Shown here piece by piece: positions 47,193 to 56,286 of a stretch of 64,000 nucleotides of DNA (positions within the stretch are counted from its first letter, which is position 1; every line of letters starts with the position of its first letter). A program made the translations under genes and the position numbers. The stretch is from Deltaproteobacteria bacterium (lineage in GTDB: Bacteria; Desulfobacterota; Desulfobacteria; Desulfobacterales; UBA2156). The stretch lies in the NCBI GenBank assembly GCA_019309485.1, contig JAFDGC010000016.1, positions 8,294-72,293 of the forward strand. The letters run 5' to 3'. Below the pieces are notes generated by a model, which did no database searches, was not told the origin of the DNA, and was given only the letters and a program-made list of their open reading frames with translations.

Positions 47193-49398
47193 TCGTTTTC
47201 CTCTCCGCGGCCGCGGGGATGAACCGGTAGTGATCCATGGCCTCTAGAATCCCTCCGGCGTAAGTGCGTTTTGCGAAGTAGATATTGCGCAGTCCTTTGA
47301 GTTTTTTCAGCTCCGGGCTGTAATTGCCCACCACCACGGCCCGGGGTTCACCCCGCAGCATTTCTTCGTCGTTTCCCGAATCCCCGCAGACCAAAAAGTT
47401 TTGCAGGGGAATCTCCCATTTGTAACCGAGATACCGGATGGCCTTTCCTTTTGAAGCGCGGTAAGGAAGAATATCCAGGTATTTTTCATGGGAATAGATC
47501 AGGTTATAATGGCAGCGGTTCCGGGTCAGAATATCGTGGATTGCCGCCAGGCGGTCCTTTCCGGGAGCCATGTTATAGCTGATCTTGTATTTTCGTTGTG
47601 CCCTTTCCTCCTGATACTCCAGGAAATCGAAGGTCTTGAGCAATTCGACGATTTTATCGCGATCCCAGCGATGCGCGATGTGGGCTTCCCAGCCGCGGCC
47701 GTGATGCAGCGCGGGCCCGTAGTGAATCTGGCTTCCCACGGCGGAAATGATGATATCGGGATCGAAGACACCCGCCGATTTCAAGACCTCCACGGCCGAT
47801 TCCAGGACGCGCCCCGTGGCCACGCCGAACCCGACGGTATCCCGGTGCCGATAAAGAAGGTCCATCAGGGAATTCAGGTCCGCTTCTTTGCCGCCCAAGA
47901 GCGTGTTGTCGATATCCGTGATGAGCATGCGGTTCAGACGGACCAACTTCCGGCCGATGGCGTTTCGGGGATGGGCCTTGGTCAGCGGTGACGCCCCGAA
48001 ATTCCGGATCAAGGCGGTGATGTCTTTCACGTACCGTTTCGCGTGGCTGGTCCAGCTGTAGTGCTTGCGGACGTTGAGAATCCCGCTTTTCGAAAAAGCG
48101 TCCCATTTTTCGGGGTTCACGAGGATATCTTTGATGGCTTCGGCGATGGCGGCGGGATCGGTGGGGTCCACCAGCAGGCCGCATTTGCAGTTTTGAATGA
48201 TCTCCTTCGCCCCCCCGTGCCGGGTGACGATGACCGGGAGTCCGCTGGCGGCGGCTTCCAGGACCGTAATGCCGAAGGGCTCCGTGAGGGCTGAATTCAC
48301 GAAGACGCCTTTTTGGGCCGCGGCGATGCGATAGAGCTGGGGTACCTCGTATTCAAAGTCGTGTTTCTTGGGAATGGCCATCTTTCCGTAGAGATCGTAT
48401 TTGTCCATGGATAAGAGCATCTGGGTCAGGACATCCCGTTCGTTGTCCTCCATTCCGGTGATATCTTTGCGGATCCCGGCAAAGACCGCCAGGTTGGCCA
48501 TGGCCTGCAGATCCCGGTCCTGTCCGTAAGCATCGATCAATCCCTCGATGTTTTTCCGCTTGTCGGGCCGGCACAGCGCCAGGATCAGAGGCCGGTCGGG
48601 ATGAATGAAAAAACGGTTCAGCTCCTCGAGCATCGAGGCCCGGGCATAAACGGCCAGCTCGTCTTTTTCCGTTTCCGGAAGGCGGTCGTAGTAAAAGGGG
48701 TAAAACTTGTTCAGGTCGATGCCCGGGGGGATAACGCTGAATTTGACCACTTCCCCGTTTTCATACATGCCGTATTGTTCTTTGATTTCCTGGCGGGTGC
48801 TGGTGATGACCAGATCGGCGGTTCTTAAGATCGCTTCTTCCACGGCAATCCGATGCCTGATGTTGTATTTTTGGATCATCTCCTTTTCGGAAAGGCCTTC
48901 TTCCGCCAGCCGTTCCCGCTTGACCCGGCCCAGGGAATGGCCGGTATACACAAAGGGGATGCCGAAGATATGAGCCAGTTCCTGGGCGGCGTATCCGGCG
49001 TCGGCATAATGCCCGTGCACCAAATCCGGCAAATCGTTTTGGCGTTTGATGTATTTTAGCGTTTTGTCCACGAATTCATCCAGGTGGGGCCAGAGGCGTT
49101 CTTTGCGCATGTATTTCCGGCCCCCGCACTGAATCCGGACGATGCGGAACCGGTCGTTTACCAGCTCTTCCCCTTCGCCGTAGTCTTCGGATAGGGCCTT
49201 GTCCACGATCCTCCGGGTGAACAGGTCCACCCGGCGCACCCCTTTGATTTGAGACAAGGCGTTTCCCAGTTCCACGACGTACTTGACCTGGCCGCCGGTA
49301 TCCGCATCCCGCCCCAGTTCCAGGTTTCGGGACCGCACCCGGCCGTGAACGGAAAACATTTGAATATAAAGGCCTTCGGGTGTTTTTGAGTTACCCAT
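47176..49398 (-). CDS. Sucrose-phosphate synthase (GT4) fused to a sucrose-phosphate phosphatase-like HAD domain
   Basis: N-terminal LYIQMFSVHGRVR...DTGGQVKYVVELGNAL, a GT-B C-lobe (EPFGITVLEAAASGLPV), and a C-terminal HAD motif MLITDIDNTLLG. The start is taken as ATG 49398, which overlaps the fructokinase stop (ATGGGTAA). Confidence 0.85.
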   Translation of the reverse strand: MGNSKTPEGLYIQMFSVHGRVRSRNLELGRDADTGGQVKYVVELGNALSQIKGVRRVDLFTRRIVDKALSEDYGEGEELVNDRFRIVRIQCGGRKYMRKERLWPHLDEFVDKTLKYIKRQNDLPDLVHGHYADAGYAAQELAHIFGIPFVYTGHSLGRVKRERLAEEGLSEKEMIQKYNIRHRIAVEEAILRTADLVITSTRQEIKEQYGMYENGEVVKFSVIPPGIDLNKFYPFYYDRLPETEKDELAVYARASMLEELNRFFIHPDRPLILALCRPDKRKNIEGLIDAYGQDRDLQAMANLAVFAGIRKDITGMEDNERDVLTQMLLSMDKYDLYGKMAIPKKHDFEYEVPQLYRIAAAQKGVFVNSALTEPFGITVLEAAASGLPVIVTRHGGAKEIIQNCKCGLLVDPTDPAAIAEAIKDILVNPEKWDAFSKSGILNVRKHYSWTSHAKRYVKDITALIRNFGASPLTKAHPRNAIGRKLVRLNRMLITDIDNTLLGGKEADLNSLMDLLYRHRDTVGFGVATGRVLESAVEVLKSAGVFDPDIIISAVGSQIHYGPALHHGRGWEAHIAHRWDRDKIVELLKTFDFLEYQEERAQRKYKISYNMAPGKDRLAAIHDILTRNRCHYNLIYSHEKYLDILPYRASKGKAIRYLGYKWEIPLQNFLVCGDSGNDEEMLRGEPRAVVVGNYSPELKKLKGLRNIYFAKRTYAGGILEAMDHYRFIPAAAERKTNGASK

Positions 49399-50284
49399 GG
49401 AGTTCCTTTCGGATGGGGGCATATACGGCGTCGTTTTCCGGCAACGCCCCTTTGACGGCACAGACGCTTGCGGCCAGTTGCTGTGCCAGGGAGAGGATTT
49501 TTTCAGGAGAAAACCCTTTGAGATACCCGGCCGCAGCGGCGGCGGCGAAGGCGTCTCCGGCGCCCACGGTGTCCACGGCCTTTTCAGGGTGCCGCGGTTC
49601 TCGAAAATATTGGCCGTGTCTCGAAATCCATCGGGCGCCCTGGGCCCCTTGGGTCAGCACGATCACCTCGACGGCGTGCGTTTCCATGAGGGTGCCAATG
49701 ACAGCCCCTTCGTCTTCCGGCGCACCGAGCATGAAGGCCAGTTCCTGGAATTCTTCCAGGTTGAGTTTCAAAATATCCGTTGCCTTCAGGGATTCCAGGA
49801 CCACGTCCGGGGTATAGCATTCCGGCCGGAGATTGACGTCGTAAAAGGTTTTCATGCCTGCCGGGCGCCGGGACAGGAAGCGATGAAAGGTGTCATGCCC
49901 TTGCCGGGTGCGCTGAACGAGGGTGCCGAAATAGAACAATTCCGGCGCGGGATTCAGCAGGCGGCTTTCCCCCGGGTTCAATTGGATGAAATCATAGGCC
50001 GCATGTTGTTCTATCCTGAATTGCGGGATTCCGTCCTCGTCCAGGGACACCTGCACCGATCCGGTGGGATGGGCCGCATCCCGCTGTATATCCCGAAGAT
50101 CGAATTCATGGGCTTTAAGGAATGCCAGTATTTCTTCTCCGGCGGGATCTTTTCCGATGCGTGAGACAAAACGGACCGGAATCCCCAGCTTTTTCAAATG
50201 GAAGGCGAAGTTAAACGGCGCCCCTCCGATCCGGCGTTGTCCGGGAAAAACATCGAAAAGAATTTCACCGATTACCAATACCAT
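49391..50284 (-). CDS. PfkB-family sugar kinase (fructokinase-like)
   Basis: MVLVIGEILFDVFPG...IGGAPFNFAFHL and the C-terminal DTVGAGDAF motif. Confidence 0.85.
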   Translation of the reverse strand: MVLVIGEILFDVFPGQRRIGGAPFNFAFHLKKLGIPVRFVSRIGKDPAGEEILAFLKAHEFDLRDIQRDAAHPTGSVQVSLDEDGIPQFRIEQHAAYDFIQLNPGESRLLNPAPELFYFGTLVQRTRQGHDTFHRFLSRRPAGMKTFYDVNLRPECYTPDVVLESLKATDILKLNLEEFQELAFMLGAPEDEGAVIGTLMETHAVEVIVLTQGAQGARWISRHGQYFREPRHPEKAVDTVGAGDAFAAAAAAGYLKGFSPEKILSLAQQLAASVCAVKGALPENDAVYAPIRKELHG

Positions 50285-50612
50285 CTTAAAGGCTCATGAT
50301 AGACATGTCTTTTACACTCCTTTCCGGGAGCGTGACCATTTTTTTCAACCTTTTCATTTTTTGGATTTGGGAAGAAGGGTCGCCGAATCCACTGTAAACC
50401 GGAGCAATGCCTCCTGGCAAGGGTTGCCGGCGATGGAATTCTCATTATCAACAGTATTTTCTTATATCAAATGCAGTCCTGGCTGTCAAACACCGCAAAT
50501 GCTCGAAGTGGATCCATTTTTATGATACCTAATTGATCGTTTCGAATTTGGTAAAAATTATCCCCCTCAAGGAAGAGGGCGTTTTATATGGGCATGACAA
50601 AGGAAAAACCGG

Positions 50613-51599
50613 ATGCAACGATCTCCTGCAAGCGTTTCCATTAAAACCGTCAAACTCAAAACGCCTTTTATCCTGGCACCCCTGGCGGGAATTACCAACC
50701 TGCCCTTCCGGATGATGGCAAAACAGTGGGGATGTGCACTGGTTTGTTCGGAAATGGTCAGCGCCCAGGGCCTGGTCAGAAAGATGCGGCGTTCCATGGA
50801 CCTGTTGCAAAGCGATCCTGAAGAAAAGCCGTTGGCAATTCAGATTTTCGGGGCGGTGCCGGAAGTGATGGCGGAGGCCGCCCGGATCGTGGAAGACGCC
50901 GGTGCGGACATCGTGGATATCAATTTCGGGTGCGCCGTGAGAAAGATCGTCAAGACCGGGGCCGGTGCGGCGTTGATGAAAGATCTGAAAACCGCCGAAG
51001 CTCTTCTCCGGTCGGTGAGAGCGGCCGTGACAATCCCGATGACTCTCAAGATGCGCGCGGGCTGGATTCCCGGGGGGAGTCAGGCCCTGGAACTCGCCGT
51101 GATCGCCGAGGCCTGCGGCGCGGATGCGGTGACCGTGCATCCTCGGACGGCTACCCAGGGATTCAAGGGAAACGCCGATTGGTCGATTATCCGTGCGGTG
51201 AAAGCGCGTCTTTCCATTCCGGTCATCGGGAACGGGGATGTCTTTTCCCCCCGAGACGCGCTCCGGATGATGGAGACCACCGGTTGCGATGCGGTGATGA
51301 TCGGGAGGAAAGCAGTGGGAAATCCCTGGATCTTTTCCCAGTGTGCGGCCCTTTTGGAGGGAAAACCGCCGCCGGCCGTTTCCATGGAGATACGGAAAGA
51401 GACCATGGAACGTTACGTGGACGCCATGGTCGCGTTTTTGGGGGAAAGGAGGGCGTGCCCGATGCTGAGAAGCCGCCTGGGGTGGTTCGTCAAGGGGATT
51501 CCCCATGCCGGCCGGTTCAAAGAGGCGATCAAGTCCATTTCTTCAAAGGCCGACGCGCTCGAGGCCGTCGGGGCGCTGAACGCCCTTGGATCGGATTGA
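50613..51599 (+). CDS. tRNA-dihydrouridine synthase
   Basis: ILAPLAGITNLPFRMM, DINFGCAVRKIV and GNGDV patterns of the Dus family. Confidence 0.9.
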   Translation: MQRSPASVSIKTVKLKTPFILAPLAGITNLPFRMMAKQWGCALVCSEMVSAQGLVRKMRRSMDLLQSDPEEKPLAIQIFGAVPEVMAEAARIVEDAGADIVDINFGCAVRKIVKTGAGAALMKDLKTAEALLRSVRAAVTIPMTLKMRAGWIPGGSQALELAVIAEACGADAVTVHPRTATQGFKGNADWSIIRAVKARLSIPVIGNGDVFSPRDALRMMETTGCDAVMIGRKAVGNPWIFSQCAALLEGKPPPAVSMEIRKETMERYVDAMVAFLGERRACPMLRSRLGWFVKGIPHAGRFKEAIKSISSKADALEAVGALNALGSD

Positions 51600-51636
51600 G
51601 ATCTTTTCCGGCAAGGGTGTTCCCGAAGGCGGCCCC

Positions 51637-52539
51637 TTATTCGACCCCCACGAAATCCCCTTCTTTAACGGGCCCTCCGGAAAGAATTTCGGCTTCAGCG
51701 GTATTGGGCGCCGCTGAGACGATTTTGACCTTTCCTTTCGGTTTTCCCGGAATGATGAATTTTTGACCGTCGATCCCTTCGATGATACGGCCTTGCTCAA
51801 AGACGGTGAGCACCATTCCTGGTTTGACCCCGGTCCGTTTCCCGGCAGAAAGAAAAAGCGTATCGCCTTTGACGGCGGTCACATACCCCTGCCAGGGAAG
51901 ATCGTTCAGGGCCTCGCAGATCGTATCCCCCATTTCTCCGGCGATTTGAAGGAGTCCTTTGCGGATCTGGGGAAGCTCCAGGTGTGTCGGGGAACCTGTT
52001 CGCACCTGGAATGTTTCATCGACTTGTGTCTCAAAATAAAAATCCCTGGATAAGGCCTTGGTACCGGTGCGGGTATCGAAAACCTCTGCGTCCCCATGGA
52101 TTTGAAGCATATGGCGCTCCCCCTTAAACCACAGGATGCCCCGCTCTTTGACCCGGACGCCGATGCTTTCGATCCCGATGGAAGCGATGGCGTTGAATCC
52201 GGACCTTCTCCCCGATTCACAGAGGCGGTAAGCGTCGAGTCGGCCGGACGGGGTCCGGGGAAGGGCATCGGCGTCGTCGAAACCCAACAGGTCCGCCCCG
52301 GTTTCCAGCAGAACCGCCCCGCAATGATGCCGGATGGCCGACCGGAGCGGTTTTTCAAATGCACTTTTCAGCCCGTCGCTTTTCAGCCCGGTTCGGTCCT
52401 TGAGAGGAAGCAGGACCATTCGGATTTTCAACGTCCCCAAGGTGGGATTCAAGTCCCGTGCGATCAAGCGGGTGGTTTTGCCCACCGTGGCGCACCCGAA
52501 AAGGCTTGCCGCTAGAAAGAGGAAAAGGGCGACGTGCAT
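51637..52539 (-). CDS. Hypothetical lipoprotein
   Basis: Lipobox MHVALFLFLAASLFGC when started at ATG 52539; the track ORF starts at 52596 and would overlap queF. No family recognised. Confidence 0.6.
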   Translation of the reverse strand: MHVALFLFLAASLFGCATVGKTTRLIARDLNPTLGTLKIRMVLLPLKDRTGLKSDGLKSAFEKPLRSAIRHHCGAVLLETGADLLGFDDADALPRTPSGRLDAYRLCESGRRSGFNAIASIGIESIGVRVKERGILWFKGERHMLQIHGDAEVFDTRTGTKALSRDFYFETQVDETFQVRTGSPTHLELPQIRKGLLQIAGEMGDTICEALNDLPWQGYVTAVKGDTLFLSAGKRTGVKPGMVLTVFEQGRIIEGIDGQKFIIPGKPKGKVKIVSAAPNTAEAEILSGGPVKEGDFVGVE

Positions 52540-52573
52540 TCCCCGGGGTCCAAAGACGTCTTCAAAAACGTGT

Positions 52574-52981
52574 TTATCGCCGGCGTGGTTTTTCATAAAC
52601 GGCCTTCACCCGGGTGGTAATTCCTCCCCGGGGAGTGAATTCTCCGCTCACCGTCATTGTTTTGGGATCGACCCGCGCCACCAGATGGTCCAGGATGTGA
52701 TGGACCAGGTGTTCGTAGAAGATCCCCACGTTTCGGTACTGGAGGAGATAAAATTTCAAGGATTTCAACTCCACGAGACTTCGATTCGGGATATAAAAAA
52801 TGGTGATTTTCCCGAAATCCGGGAGTCCGGTCATGGGGCACACCGAGGTATATTCCGGTTGCTCAATGGTGATTTCGATGTCTTTTCCCGCGTACCGGTA
52901 ATCGATGACCTCCAAGAGGTCGGGGGAGACCGTTTCGGGCCCCCTGGCGCGATAATTGAGTTTTGGATGTTTCCGGGCCAT
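52574..52981 (-). CDS. queF: NADPH-dependent 7-cyano-7-deazaguanine reductase (type I QueF)
   Basis: Catalytic Cys context YTSVCPMTGLPDF and the QueF motif ELKSLKFYL. Length of 135 aa. Confidence 0.9.
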   Translation of the reverse strand: MARKHPKLNYRARGPETVSPDLLEVIDYRYAGKDIEITIEQPEYTSVCPMTGLPDFGKITIFYIPNRSLVELKSLKFYLLQYRNVGIFYEHLVHHILDHLVARVDPKTMTVSGEFTPRGGITTRVKAVYEKPRRR

Positions 52982-53165
52982 AACGTGTTTCCGATCCGAA
53001 AAATTGGGTTTCGTTTCTGTGAAAAGGCGTTTCTCCTCTTAGGAAAAATCCGTTTTCATGTCAAACGGCAAGAAGATCCGGGGGTGTGGATCAGCGTATT
53101 CCCGGCTCCCGGCGGGCGAAGGGAAAACAGGCCGATGGGTTGCAGATGATGCGGCAAAACCGGCG

Positions 53166-54284
53166 TCAACGGAGTGCCGCATATGTCGGTTCGGCAGGCG
53201 GGTTTTCGAATCTCAATGCCTCGAGATACTCACTTTTCAACGTATCGATGAGTTCCTTGACGGAGACGATTTTATCCACCAGATAGGCGTTTGCCCCCGC
53301 AAAGGCGAAACCGTTTTTGAATAGTCCTTTTTTGGCGGCGGCCAGGGCTAAAGCGATGCAATAGGGGCTCTTATCGGGACTGCACGATTTGACGCAATGG
53401 TAGACGCAATGAAAGGGTTTTTTGATGCCGGCCGAGACGGCGTCGATGAAACTGTTTTTCAGCGCCCGTCCGGGCATCCCCACCGGGCTTTGGATGACCA
53501 CCAGGTCCTCTTTTTTGGCATCCACATAAGCCTGCTTGAAAGCCGGGCTGGCATCGCATTCATGGGTGGCCACGAATCGGGTCCCCATCTGGACGCCGGA
53601 AGCTCCCAAATTGAGAAACTTGAGGATGTCTGCACCCGTATAAATGCCCCCGGCGGCGATGACCGGAATGGGGCGGCGGCACTCGGACTCCAGGGGTTGG
53701 ATGAAGCGGAGCACTTCTTGGACCAGATTTTCCAGGCAAAAGCCGGGGTTGTCGATTTGATCCGTCGTAAATCCCAAATGCCCCCCCGCCTTGGGTCCTT
53801 CCACGACAAAAGCATCGGGGAGGCGGTGATACCTGGAAAACCATTTTTTGCAGATCAAGGCGGCGGCCCGGGCCGAGGAAATGATGGGCACCAGTTTGGG
53901 CCGGGAGCCGTTTTTGAGGTATTTGGGAAGCTCCAGGGGAAGGCCGGCTCCCGAAAAGATGACGTCGATGCCTTCTTCGACGGCCGTGCGCACCAGTTCG
54001 GAGAAATGGGTCAGGGCCACCATGATGTTGACGCCGAGAACCCCCTTGGTGGCGGCCCGGGCCGCCCGGATTTCTTTTCTGAGCACCCGGGTGTTGGCCT
54101 CTGCGGCGTTGGACGAGCAATCGGGTTCCCCGATTCCTGCCATGGCGCCGGCAATGACGCCGATACCCCCCTGGGTGGCCACCGCGGATGCCAGGCCCGA
54201 CATGGAAATGCCCACTCCCATGCCCCCTTGTACGATGGCCAGTTTGCTGATCAGCCCGTTGATGTTCAATCCCGGTATTTCCAT
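53166..54284 (-). CDS. Nitronate monooxygenase / FabK-like FMN-dependent oxidoreductase (NPD family)
   Basis: IVQGGMGVGISMSGLASAVATQGGIGVI...AAGGIYTGADILKF pattern of the 2-nitropropane dioxygenase-like family. Confidence 0.8.
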   Translation of the reverse strand: MEIPGLNINGLISKLAIVQGGMGVGISMSGLASAVATQGGIGVIAGAMAGIGEPDCSSNAAEANTRVLRKEIRAARAATKGVLGVNIMVALTHFSELVRTAVEEGIDVIFSGAGLPLELPKYLKNGSRPKLVPIISSARAAALICKKWFSRYHRLPDAFVVEGPKAGGHLGFTTDQIDNPGFCLENLVQEVLRFIQPLESECRRPIPVIAAGGIYTGADILKFLNLGASGVQMGTRFVATHECDASPAFKQAYVDAKKEDLVVIQSPVGMPGRALKNSFIDAVSAGIKKPFHCVYHCVKSCSPDKSPYCIALALAAAKKGLFKNGFAFAGANAYLVDKIVSVKELIDTLKSEYLEALRFENPPAEPTYAALR

Positions 54285-54558
54285 ACCCGTACTCCTTTCG
54301 AGCCGCGATGCTCGTCCTTGAAATTGCTTGATTCTCCGTCCGGTTCGGCTCGAAACCGGGCTGAACGCAAACGAGACTGCAGTCTATGCGATTGTACCCG
54401 AAAAAGCAAGGGAATTCCCGTAAAAGATGCCCTTTCATGAAAAAAGTTGCGGTGCCCGTACAAAGCCGGCCGGTTGCCCCTTGTTTTATTTTCAGCCATC
54501 CGGTATCCACTTGATTAAACACGCCCCATCGCGGGGTGAAAAGATCCGATTCGGCGCA

Positions 54559-55068
54559 ATGCCGGAAATGAAAAACAGAGGCCTTATGAAATTGATTGAA
54601 CGACTGGAGCGGATATTTCTGCCCTCCCGGGCCGCGGATGAAGTGCAGGTGGATCTGAAGGAGATCTTTTGCAAGAGAAAAGACGAGGGGTATGTTAAAC
54701 GTCTCAGAACTCCCGCCATCGGTTGTGCGTACAGGAATTTGGACGGCAGCGATCGTCAAAAGGCGTTGGCCAAGCTCAAGGTCGGGGAGCGGGTGCGCCT
54801 CATCTGGGGTTCCTCCCAGGAGAAAAAAGACCCTGTTGTCTACCTTGTGAAGAAAGGGGGGGGGCGCCAACTGAACATGGCCGACTGCTTCGGTCGTTTG
54901 AGCGACAAGGTTGCCGCCGACGTCATCCGGATGATGACCCGGGATAACATCGTCACTTCCGCAAGGGTGGTCCGGATCACCGGCGGGACCCGAAAAAATC
55001 CCAAGAAAGGTTGCATCCTGGAGCTTTCCATGTATCCCGGGCCCAAGAAAGGGGGGTCAACGGCATGA
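54559..55068 (+). CDS. HIRAN-domain-like protein (start uncertain: 54559, 54568 or 54586)
   Basis: IGCAYRNLDGSDRQKALAKLKVGERVRLIWGSS...DPVVYLV...CFGRLSDKVAADVIRMM...ARVVRITGG matches my memory of the standalone bacterial HIRAN pattern. Confidence 0.5.
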   Translation: MPEMKNRGLMKLIERLERIFLPSRAADEVQVDLKEIFCKRKDEGYVKRLRTPAIGCAYRNLDGSDRQKALAKLKVGERVRLIWGSSQEKKDPVVYLVKKGGGRQLNMADCFGRLSDKVAADVIRMMTRDNIVTSARVVRITGGTRKNPKKGCILELSMYPGPKKGGSTA

Positions 55069-55571
55069 CGGAAGCCTATCGGGCACTCATCGACAAGAGC
55101 CTTTCCATGGGGGCCCTTGGCGCAAAGATCATCGATACGAAACGGATTGTGTTTGACCCCCGCGCTTTCTTGAAATGCCGGTTCGGGTGCAACCGGTGGG
55201 GAAGGTACTGGACATGTCCTCCCCACATGGACCTTCCCCCCGAGCGGTTCATGGAAGCCTTTTCCCGGTATCAAAATGCCCTGATTCTCAGGACCAAGGA
55301 TCCGAAAAGCGGGCAGGAAATCGCGGTGGCCGTGGAAAAAGCGGCCATGCTTTCTTTCGGATGCGGGTTTGCGTTTGCCATGGCCCTTTGCGTGCAGTGC
55401 GAAACGTGCGCCTACCCCGAACCATGCCTGTATCCGCACGTGGCCCGCCCGGCCATGGATGCCTACGGGATCGACATCGCCAAGACGATTGCGCCATTGC
55501 ATTTCAAAGTGGAATTCGATGAAAAAGGCGCCCTTCTGCCTTCATGGTACTCCATGGTGCTGCTGGAATAG
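55065..55571 (+). CDS. DUF2284-family predicted metal-binding protein
   Basis: FLKCRFGCNRWGRYWTCPPH plus the later CVQCETCAYPEPC. ATG 55065 overlaps the upstream stop (ATGA). Confidence 0.7.
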   Translation: MTEAYRALIDKSLSMGALGAKIIDTKRIVFDPRAFLKCRFGCNRWGRYWTCPPHMDLPPERFMEAFSRYQNALILRTKDPKSGQEIAVAVEKAAMLSFGCGFAFAMALCVQCETCAYPEPCLYPHVARPAMDAYGIDIAKTIAPLHFKVEFDEKGALLPSWYSMVLLE

Positions 55572-55790
55572 GCTGCAACTTCCAAATATCGTTTCCTATA
55601 AACCCTGTCCGACAACTCCCCCTCCCGTGGAAAGATTCGGCTAAGGGCGTAACGGTTTGAAATGAAACCCCTCCCGGCATATTGACTTCATCCGGGCAAT
55701 GTGCCATAGAGCCGAGAGGAGAGATGCGGCGCCTTTCGGAAAAGAAATGAGGGAATCGCGGCCGAATGTGCCGGATGTCCTGAGATTTTC

Positions 55791-56252
55791 ATGAACGATG
55801 ATCTTATAAAGCCTCCCAATGGATTTACCCTTATCGAGGTGATGATTGTCGTTGCCATCATCGGCACCTTGGCGGCCATCGCCGTCCCCAACTACATCGC
55901 CTACCGGAAAAGGGCCATGGAAGCGCGTGCCCTTGCCGAGATAAAGATCCTTTCGGACGCGATCACTGTTTTTGAAATCGACAACAACCGGCTGCCCAAC
56001 AGCCTCAATGAACTCAAGGGCGGTGTTCCCCTGGATCCATGGGGAAACCCTTACCGGTATCAAAACTTTGATATCACTCCAAAGGGACAATGGCGGAAGG
56101 ATAGGTTCCTGATTCCCATCAACACCTATTATGATTTATGGAGCATGGGTCCGGATGGGGCCACCCAGCCGCCTCTGACCGCCAAAGCAAGCCAGGACGA
56201 CATCATCCGGGCCAACGACGGCGCGTTTATCGGGAAAGCCTCTCGATATTGA
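55791..56252 (+). CDS. GspG-like type II secretion pseudopilin (prepilin-type N-terminal cleavage/methylation domain)
   Basis: Class III signal ...PPNG/FTLIEVMIVVAIIGTLAAIAVPNY and the GspG-like core LDPWGNPYRYQ...YDLWSMGPDG. Confidence 0.8.
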   Translation: MNDDLIKPPNGFTLIEVMIVVAIIGTLAAIAVPNYIAYRKRAMEARALAEIKILSDAITVFEIDNNRLPNSLNELKGGVPLDPWGNPYRYQNFDITPKGQWRKDRFLIPINTYYDLWSMGPDGATQPPLTAKASQDDIIRANDGAFIGKASRY

Positions 56253-56286
56253 TGCGTCCAGCCATTTTGGCTTCAGTGAAAAAATT

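Noticed and set aside
52982-53165. I looked for a preQ1 riboswitch in the 5' region of queF.
   Set aside because: I could not find the short hairpin plus A-rich tail (preQ1-I) or any other conserved preQ1 motif by eye. queF may be co-transcribed with the upstream NMO-like gene.
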